DNA from: an uncultured beta proteobacterium
Lineage (GTDB): Bacteria > Pseudomonadota > Gammaproteobacteria > Burkholderiales > Burkholderiaceae_C
Assembly: GCA_963761295.1 (NCBI GenBank)
Contig: CAVXGG010000017.1
Coordinates: 103,057 to 167,056 of the forward strand
DNA: 64,000 bases
Direction: 5' to 3'
The notes under the pieces were generated by a model that saw only the letters and a program-made list of their open reading frames with translations, ran no database searches and had not been told where the DNA came from. Shown here piece after piece: positions 19,868 through 26,568 of the stretch. A program made the position numbers and the translations under genes. Each line of letters opens with the position of its first letter. Positions within the stretch are counted from its first letter, which is position 1.

Positions 19868-19987
19868 GCCTGTCCCGTCTCCATCCGGCCCATGGGAGGC
19901 CGCTTGGCCAAGCGCGGGGCGGTGGCGGGTCGGGCGTTTCTGGACTGCTCGGGCTATCCGGGTTGCAAAGGCACTCGGTCGATTTGA
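19868..19987 (+). pseudogene. Topoisomerase-type C4 zinc-ribbon domain remnant (C-terminal fragment of a larger, lost gene)
   Basis: Own translation: 'ACPVSIRPMGGRLAKRGAVAGRAFLDCSGYPGCKGTRSI*'. This resembles the CPxCGxxM...KRG...FxGCSxYPxCKxT finger, but one Cys of the first pair is lost. No start codon and no upstream domain are recognisable. Confidence 0.45.
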
Positions 19988-20069
19988 CGAGTGGCTGTCA
20001 ATGCCAGTCTGGCAGCTTGACAGCGCAGCCCGACGATTGCCGCATCGGTAGCGCGCCTGCATGGAGATG

Positions 20070-20102
20070 CCTCTCGTGCATTACCTTGTAATGCACGAGA
20101 GG
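20070..20102. promoter_or_regulatory. Perfect 14-bp inverted repeat (5-nt spacer) covering the dinJ-like start codon; candidate TA operator or translational hairpin
   Basis: cctctcgtgcatta (20070-20083) / ccttg / taatgcacgagagg (20089-20102). The arms are exact reverse complements. ATG 20091 lies in the right arm. Confidence 0.45.
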
Positions 20103-20281
20103 GGCTAACGGACACGGCGTCAAACCAGCTCGTCCAGGCGCGCATCGACGGCGAGACCAAGGCGGAAGCGGCAGCCGTCCTGGCGGCCATGGGCTTGACC
20201 GTGTCCGAGGCGGTGCGCCTGTTGCTCACGAAGGCGGCCAGCATCGAAGCGCTGTTCGCCGACCTCAGTGCGGACGATTGA
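20091..20281 (+). CDS. RelB/DinJ-family antitoxin; frame broken in the G-run at 20101-20104
   Basis: Own translation: '...TASNQLVQARIDGETKAEAAAVLAAMGLTVSEAVRLLLTKAASIEALFADLSADD*' (stop 20279-20281). Adding one G to GGGG (20101-20104) gives a start, 'MHERGLTDTASNQLVQARID...'. Confidence 0.7.
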
Positions 20282-20595
20282 CCGCACCGGGCAGTTCAGG
20301 CGGGACTACAGGCGGGAGAAGAAAGGGCAGCACCGGGCCGTGGCTCGATGGCGGGTTGAACGCCGCTCTGGTCGCGCTGGTCGACAATGGCCCGCTGGGG
20401 CCTCGCCACCGTGATCACGCGCTGACGGGGAGCTGGCAGGATCATCGCGACCGCCCGGTCAAACCCGATCGGGTACGGATCTGCCAAAAGCCCAATGCCG
20501 ATACGCTGCGGCTGGTGCGTCTGGGGGCGCACGCGGAGCTGGGGTTGTGGGAGCCCCTTCATCCGGATGTCATGCCTGCCTCTCGAGTAGATTGA
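20268..20595 (+). CDS. YafQ/RelE-family mRNA interferase toxin; frame break near 20335-20345
   Basis: Own translation from GTG 20268: 'VRTIDRTGQFRRDYRREKKGQH'. ORF 20278..20595 then gives 'LNAALVALVDNGPLGPRHRDHALTGSWQDHRDRPVKPDRVRICQKPNADTLRLVRLGAHAELG', which matches the YafQ pattern (DH-L-G-W-R...H..PD). The 3' extension past ELG is uncertain. Confidence 0.65.
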
Positions 20596-20712
20596 GGAAC
20601 GCACCGATGCCAACGATCACGGTGGCGCCATGCCGCGCTAGGCTCAACTGCAGTTGAAGTTGCCCCTTTTTCACGGAAACCTCACCGTCAGGGAAGAAGG
20701 AGTCCGAGATGG

Positions 20713-20853
20713 CCCGGAAAGCCGCAGACCAACGGCATGGTCGAGCGCTTCGACGGGCGCATCTGCGATGTGCTCAATACCCATCGCTTCCGCTCGGGCC
20801 AGGGCCTGGAGCAAACGCTGCTGCACTACGTAGCGCCGTACAACCACCAGTTA
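20713..20853 (+). mobile_element. Transposase (rve integrase-core, IS481/IS3-like) C-terminal fragment
   Basis: Own translation plus ORF 20737..21231 head: 'PGKPQTNGMVERFDGRICDVLNTHRFRSGQGLEQTLLHYVAPYNHQL'. Nothing upstream is recognisable as the rest of the transposase. Confidence 0.65.
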
Positions 20854-20877
20854 GGCCGGGACTCCAGCTGTCCTGCC

Positions 20878-21090
20878 TCATCCCACGCGTTGGGACGGGT
20901 AGCGGTTCCGAATATGTGCCTCGAAATAGCGGCCCTTGGATCGGGCGGCCATAAGCTGCTCGACGGCCCAGTCGGGTACTTCTGCGTAGAGGTAGACCGC
21001 GAAAGAGCGGAACTCGACTTCGAGCAACTTGCTGTCGCTGTCGTAACCAACGGACCTGAGGCTCGACGATGTCACTCCCAGGCGCTCCAT
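20878..21090 (-). CDS. KTSC domain-containing protein
   Basis: 70-aa ORF: 'SSSLRSVGYDSDSKLLEVEFRSFAVYLYAEVPDWAVEQLMAARSKGRYFEAHIRNRYP'. This fits the KTSC pattern (S..L..VGYD.....L.V.F..G.VY.Y..VP......L..A.SKG.YF...I...Y). Confidence 0.7.
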   Translation of the reverse strand: MERLGVTSSSLRSVGYDSDSKLLEVEFRSFAVYLYAEVPDWAVEQLMAARSKGRYFEAHIRNRYPSQRVG

Positions 21091-21185
21091 GAGGCGATCT
21101 CCTATTCGCAGGAAGCGCTTCGGGGCGCTTCAACAAGTGCCTTCCCAGAACTACAGGTGCCCGGTGGCGATGAGCTGTCGACCAA

Positions 21186-23036
21186 TCAAATCTCCGGTCG
21201 CTCCTCGCGCATGGCGCGGGCAAACGTCTGAAAACGGGGATCAGCGGCCAGGTCCTCAAGCATCACGTCGGATCGAATGCGCCAGTTCGGGTATTCATCG
21301 GTCGTTCCGGGAAGGTTCGGCTGCCGGATCGAAAGAACGGCATCCTCGAGCTGCACGGCGAACATCAGGGATCGCGCGCGCGCGCCGAAGCGGTGGATCG
21401 CCACGGCAAGGTCTACGCCTAATTCGGTGGGCATGTCGCGCTCACCGGACAGCACACCGGCATATCCGGGCGGAAGCAGACGGTCGCGATCCAGCGCCTC
21501 CAGGAGCGCCTTTCGATTTCGACCCCGCTCCTTTAGGTCGCGCTCGCTGGCGTCCTGCGTCTGTCTACCGGTCTTGGCGCGAAGCTTGATATCGCTTCCG
21601 GTCCACCACCCAGCGAGCGTTGCCAGATCGTGCGTGGAGATGCAGGCGAGCGCGAGTTGTGGATATTGCGCCGGCGCAATGAACTGACCGTCCCTGTCGA
21701 CTCCAAAATAAAGGACGCGGTACGACAACATGTTCGCCGTCTCCATCGCCGGACGGAAACCCTCTGGCACCGTCCCGAGGTCCTCGCCGATGACGATGCA
21801 GTTATTCGCCTCCGACGCACTTGCGACCGTATCGACCATGGCGCCAAGCGGATAACGAACATAGCCGCCTCCATCCGCTTTGCCGCTCGCGGGAATCCAC
21901 CACAAACGGGCAAGGCCCATGGCGTGATCGATGCGAATCGCGCCGGCGTGTCTCATCAGCGCCCGATAGGCATCGCCGAGCGGCTGGTAGTTTCTCGTGG
22001 CCAGCACTTCGGGCGACAGTGGGGCAAGACCCCAGTCCTGACCTTCGGAATTGAACAGATCCGGCGGCGAGCCGACGCGGGCATCGCGCACGGTGAGGTG
22101 GGGATCGGCCCAGGTGTCCGCTCCGTCCGGGGCGACGCCGACAGCGAAGTCAAGATAAAGCCCGATCCGCATGCCAGCCGCTTTGGCGCGGGCTTGTGCA
22201 TCGCCGAGTTGCTGGTCAGCGACGAATTGCAGCCACTCATGAAAGTGGATGTCCTCCTTGTGCTCGGCCTCGAAACGCGCCACCGCCTCGTCCTGGCGGT
22301 TCTGCAGATCCCCTGGCCAGCCGTGCCAGCCGGCATGGCCGCCTTCCTTCACTTGGTGGGCGGAGATCGCCTCGAACAGCGCAAACGAATGCAAGCTGTC
22401 ACCGTTCTCCTGCTGGAAACTCTCCAAGTCTCCGCGCAGGGTGCTGGGTCGCACGGCAAAGAGGCGCCGCAGGAGCCTTAGCTTGAGCGATGCGACGACG
22501 TCGTAGTCGACGAGGTCACCATCGCGATCGGAGAATGCCGCCGGCTCTTCTTCGCGCAAGGCGTTGATCGCCACTTGGCCGCCGGCAAGCTTGTCGACTG
22601 CAATGTAGAGCGGGTTGAGGAATCGACGCGTCGACGGAGAGTAGGGGCTGATCCGTCTGGCTTCAGCAAGAAACAAGGCATGCAGTGGATTGACGCCGAG
22701 AAACGAGGCGCCCGCCTCTCCCGCGATCTCGGCAAGGCGCGCGAGGTCATCGAAATCGCCGATTCCAAGGTTTCGGCTCGAGCGCAGGCCGTACAGCTGA
22801 CAGGTCAGCCCCCAGACACGGTCATTCCGAAGATGCTGGGGGAGGGCGCAGCTGCGTGTCGCTTCGTGTTGCTGGTTGGCGAAGTCACCCGCTTCGCCCG
22901 TTTGCGGATCGATCTCGAGCACTTGCAGGAGCGCGTGCTTGGCCTCATCCGAGATTTCCGTCACTTCCTCCAGTTCGGACGTGTACCGGACGCAGATGCC
23001 ATGGCTCTGCGCCAATCTATCGAGACGCTCAGACAT
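21186..23036 (-). CDS. malQ: 4-alpha-glucanotransferase (amylomaltase, GH77)
   Basis: Uninterrupted 616-aa ORF: 'WGLTCQLYGLRSSRNLGIGDFDDLARL', 'GVNPLHALF', 'RIDHAMGLARLWWIP', 'IVIGEDLGTVPEGF', 'ISTHDLATLAGWW'. Its start overlaps the treZ stop. Confidence 0.9.
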   Translation of the reverse strand: MSERLDRLAQSHGICVRYTSELEEVTEISDEAKHALLQVLEIDPQTGEAGDFANQQHEATRSCALPQHLRNDRVWGLTCQLYGLRSSRNLGIGDFDDLARLAEIAGEAGASFLGVNPLHALFLAEARRISPYSPSTRRFLNPLYIAVDKLAGGQVAINALREEEPAAFSDRDGDLVDYDVVASLKLRLLRRLFAVRPSTLRGDLESFQQENGDSLHSFALFEAISAHQVKEGGHAGWHGWPGDLQNRQDEAVARFEAEHKEDIHFHEWLQFVADQQLGDAQARAKAAGMRIGLYLDFAVGVAPDGADTWADPHLTVRDARVGSPPDLFNSEGQDWGLAPLSPEVLATRNYQPLGDAYRALMRHAGAIRIDHAMGLARLWWIPASGKADGGGYVRYPLGAMVDTVASASEANNCIVIGEDLGTVPEGFRPAMETANMLSYRVLYFGVDRDGQFIAPAQYPQLALACISTHDLATLAGWWTGSDIKLRAKTGRQTQDASERDLKERGRNRKALLEALDRDRLLPPGYAGVLSGERDMPTELGVDLAVAIHRFGARARSLMFAVQLEDAVLSIRQPNLPGTTDEYPNWRIRSDVMLEDLAADPRFQTFARAMREERPEI

Positions 23037-24909
23037 GATCGGAAGCCTCGAACAGCTGCGAAGCAGCTATGGCGAAGCACACCGTCCATGCCGGAAGCCC
23101 TCCTTTCTGCAACTCGTCAATGGCGGACTTGTGGTTCGAGTAAACAAGTTGGGCCCCCTCGGTCTCACCAGAGACAAGCGCGGGCTCAATCTCCCAGCGC
23201 TCATCGCAAAGATTGGCGAACAGATGGTAGACCTTGCCATCCTGGAGCTCCCAAGCCGCGGCGAAGGCGCGGTCCTTGACGAGAGCCTGGCCGCAATGGC
23301 CTTTTGCGTCTTTCAGCAGCGGCATCAGAACGTCGCGGCGTCGGGACAGCAGCTCCTGCGTGACTTGCAGCCGGCGCTTTGGGAGGGGGCGTGACAGTTG
23401 CGACCAGTCCAGCTTGGAAGCTATGAAAGTGGCTGCATCGTTCGGATCGGGAAATACTTCAACGGCATGCGCGTCCTCGAAGGCGGAGAAGCCCTTGAAT
23501 TCGTCCTTTCGTCCTTTCGACACGGCGTCGCCGAGTTCGCCATGAAAATCGGTGAAGAAGCAAAAAGAATGCGTGTCGCCGAACTCTTCCCCCTGGAATA
23601 TCAACGGGATCTGGGGCGACAGCAGCAGGATCGCCTGCAGGCAGTCGTAGGCGCGCGCCGAACTCAGCGCATGCAGGCGGTCGCCGAAGGCGCGGTTGCC
23701 GACCTGGTCATGGTTCTGGAGGAAATGAACGAAGGCCGTCGGTGGCAGATGGCTGGACGGATGCCCGACCTCCTTTTTGCGGTGGCGGGAATGCTCTCCC
23801 TGAAAGACGAACCCCTTCGTCAGCGCCCTGGCCATCTGCTCGGTGCTGTCGGTCTCGTAGTCCTCGTAGTAACCCTCCCGCTCGTTGGTGGCGATCACAT
23901 GCGCGGTGTGGTGAAAGTCGTCGTTCCACTCGCCGGAAACGAGCGGGATGGAGCCGTCCTCGCTGCGTTCGATGTGCCAGACGATGTTGCGATCGTCTTC
24001 GGTCGTGATATGGACATGTCGGTCGGTGAAGACCTGACGAACACGGGCAGCGAGTTCCTTCACCAGGGGCGTATCCGTGGTGTCCTTGATGGAATCGATC
24101 GCATCGAGGCGCAATCCGTCCATGCGGTATTCGGTCAGCCAGTAAAGGGCATTTTCGATCAGGAAGCGACGCACCGGCTCCTCGTCATAGGCCATGGCCG
24201 ACCCCCAAGGCGTCTGGATGTCCGCGTGAAAGAACTCCGGCACGTAGGAGGGAAGGTAATTCCCATCCGGCCCGAAATGGTTGTAGACGACGTCGAGAAA
24301 GACCATCAAACCCCTCTCGTGGGCGGCATCGACAAGCCGCTTCAGGCCTTCTGCTCCGCCGTAGACCTCATGCGGGCAGTAGAGCAGCACGCCGTCATAG
24401 CCCCAGCCGCGCCGACCGCTGAACTGAGCGACGGGGAGCAGTTCGATGGCCGTGAAGCCGGTCTGCTTGAGGTGATCGAGCCGCCCCACGATGGCGTCGA
24501 AGGTTCCTTCTGGCGTGAAGGTGCCGGTGTGAAGTTCGTAGAACACCGTCTCGTGCCAAGGCCGGCCCTTCCAGTCCGGTGTCTTCCAGACATGCGCCTT
24601 GGGGTCGACCAGGCGCGACAGCCCCTGGACACCGCCCAGCTGCGCTCGTGCCGCCGGATCGGGCACGGTCTTGCCACCGTCGACGCGAAAGCCGTAGCCC
24701 GATCCGACTTCGACACGGCTCGTCACACTCTGCCACCAGCCGCCGTCCGCTTTCGTCATGGCCTCGAAGGCGAGCGCTTGCATCCCGTCGTTGTCTGCGA
24801 TCGCGAGCTCGACGCTTGAGGCGCCGGGGGCCCAAAGCCTGAACCGTGTTCCATCGGCGCCGTGGTTCGCACCCCAGGAAGTTTCGAACGAGAATTTGCT
24901 GTTTGTCAT
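23029..24909 (-). CDS. treZ: Malto-oligosyltrehalose trehalohydrolase (GH13)
   Basis: In frame within ORF 23029..25152. The likely start is ATG 24909, 'MTNSKFSFETSWGANHGADGTRFRLWAP'. Motifs: 'YELHTGTFTPEGTF', 'FLDVVYNHFGPDGNYL', 'DGLRLDAIDSI', 'TEDDRN', 'FLQNHDQVGNR'. Uninterrupted. Confidence 0.9.
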   Translation of the reverse strand: MTNSKFSFETSWGANHGADGTRFRLWAPGASSVELAIADNDGMQALAFEAMTKADGGWWQSVTSRVEVGSGYGFRVDGGKTVPDPAARAQLGGVQGLSRLVDPKAHVWKTPDWKGRPWHETVFYELHTGTFTPEGTFDAIVGRLDHLKQTGFTAIELLPVAQFSGRRGWGYDGVLLYCPHEVYGGAEGLKRLVDAAHERGLMVFLDVVYNHFGPDGNYLPSYVPEFFHADIQTPWGSAMAYDEEPVRRFLIENALYWLTEYRMDGLRLDAIDSIKDTTDTPLVKELAARVRQVFTDRHVHITTEDDRNIVWHIERSEDGSIPLVSGEWNDDFHHTAHVIATNEREGYYEDYETDSTEQMARALTKGFVFQGEHSRHRKKEVGHPSSHLPPTAFVHFLQNHDQVGNRAFGDRLHALSSARAYDCLQAILLLSPQIPLIFQGEEFGDTHSFCFFTDFHGELGDAVSKGRKDEFKGFSAFEDAHAVEVFPDPNDAATFIASKLDWSQLSRPLPKRRLQVTQELLSRRRDVLMPLLKDAKGHCGQALVKDRAFAAAWELQDGKVYHLFANLCDERWEIEPALVSGETEGAQLVYSNHKSAIDELQKGGLPAWTVCFAIAASQLFEASDHV

Positions 24910-25234
24910 GTTTATCGATTCAACTTTGCGGCCGGGGTTCAGGACATAGCTGCGAAGCACATTCGTTCCGCCACTGCCCGTGAGACCGTCTTGGATGCGT
25001 AGGTGGAGACACATTGCGCCTCTTCGTTGGAGTTGTGTGGGGCCCGAAGGGCGCGCTGTTGCCTTTGCCCCAGCAGGAACCGATATCCGCCGAACCCGCT
25101 GTGTCGTCAGCCGAGGCAAGACTCCACGATTCCCCGGGCGGTTCACTATCACGTTGGGTTAGCACCATATGACTGGAAGATTGCAAACAGTCAGTGGTCA
25201 CGCTGACCGATCCACAGATTCCAGCGGGCGCCAA

Positions 25235-26449
25235 TCAGGTGACCGGCTGCGCCAGTTCCTGCGTCGGCAAGACACCGTCCGCTGCGCCTTCAATCGTCTT
25301 GGCCGCGCGCAGCCGCTTGAACGCCGTCAACGCCTGGCCCACCACCTGGTCCATGTTGTAGTAGCGGTAGCTCGCCAGCCGACCGACGAACGTGACGTCG
25401 GGCAGTGCGTCGGCTTCTTCACGGTAGCGCTCGTACAGTGCGGCACTGGCGGCCGTTGGCACGGGGTAGTAAGGATCGCCTTCTGCACACGCGTGCTCGT
25501 AGACCAGCGACGTGCCGGTGTGCTGCTGGCCCGTCAGGTGCTTGAACTCGGTAACCCGCGTGTACGCGCAGTCGTTCGGGTGGTTGATGGTGCCGACCGC
25601 CTGCCACTGCGGGACCGCGTGGTGCACGTGTTCGAAGGCAAGGCTGCGGTAGGGCAGCTTGCCGTGCTTGTGGTGGAAGAACGCATCGATCGGTCCGGTG
25701 TAGATCAGATGCTTCCACGGCAGCAGATCGACCACGTCTTGGAAATCGGTCTGCAGCATGACGCTGATGTTCGGATGCGAGAGCATCGACTCGAACATCC
25801 GCGTGTACCCATGACGGGGCATCATCTGGAATGTGTCCGAGAAATAGCGGTCATCGCGGTTGGTGCGGGTCGGTACGCGCGCGGTCACGCTCGCATCGAG
25901 CTCCGAGGGGTCCATGCCCCATTGCTTTCGCGTGTAGCCGCGGAAGAACTTCTGATACAGGTCGCGGCCAACTTTCGACACCACGACGTCTTCCGACGTG
26001 CGAATCTCCGCGCATGGCTCGGCCACTGAAGCCAGCCATTCGTCCATCTCGAACGCGGTCAGCTGCATCCCGTACAGGCGGTTCACGGTGTCCAGATTGA
26101 TCGGAATCGGCACCAGTTGCCCGTCGACGCTGGCCAGCACGCGGTGCTGGTACGGGCGCCATTTGGTGAACTGCGACAAGTACTGAAAGATGTCGACCGC
26201 GTTGGTGTGAAAGATGTGCGGGCCATACGGGTGGATCAACACCCCGTGGTCGTCGTACCGATCGAACGCGTTGCCGCCGATGTGCGGTCGCTTGTCGATC
26301 ACGAGCACGCGCGCATCCAGCTGGCTTGCCAGCCGCTCGGCCAGCACGCTGCCCGCAAAACCAGCGCCCACCACCAAGTAGTCGAACCCTGCGTGGCCCG
26401 GAACCGACGACTGCGCGGCGCGCTCGAAGCCTTTGCTGATCTTGTCCAT
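25235..26449 (-). CDS. glf: UDP-galactopyranose mutase
   Basis: Uninterrupted 404-aa ORF: 'FDYLVVGAGFAGSVLAERLA', 'HIGGNAFD', 'YGPHIFHTN', 'FFRGYTRKQWG', 'RYFSDTFQMMPRHGYT', 'IYTGPIDAFF', 'LPYRSLAFE', 'YYPV', 'GRLASYRYYNMDQV'. It is colinear with enterobacterial Glf as I recall it. Confidence 0.92.
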   Translation of the reverse strand: MDKISKGFERAAQSSVPGHAGFDYLVVGAGFAGSVLAERLASQLDARVLVIDKRPHIGGNAFDRYDDHGVLIHPYGPHIFHTNAVDIFQYLSQFTKWRPYQHRVLASVDGQLVPIPINLDTVNRLYGMQLTAFEMDEWLASVAEPCAEIRTSEDVVVSKVGRDLYQKFFRGYTRKQWGMDPSELDASVTARVPTRTNRDDRYFSDTFQMMPRHGYTRMFESMLSHPNISVMLQTDFQDVVDLLPWKHLIYTGPIDAFFHHKHGKLPYRSLAFEHVHHAVPQWQAVGTINHPNDCAYTRVTEFKHLTGQQHTGTSLVYEHACAEGDPYYPVPTAASAALYERYREEADALPDVTFVGRLASYRYYNMDQVVGQALTAFKRLRAAKTIEGAADGVLPTQELAQPVT

Positions 26450-26568
26450 AAATCTTCTAAAAAATGCCTAAGTGGCCAATGGCCGGGCTCAACGGCTCGG
26501 CGGGAGTTGGATCGCTGCGCTTTTAAAGCTCACGCAACTCATAACGGGATGCGCTTTTTAGGGGCTGT

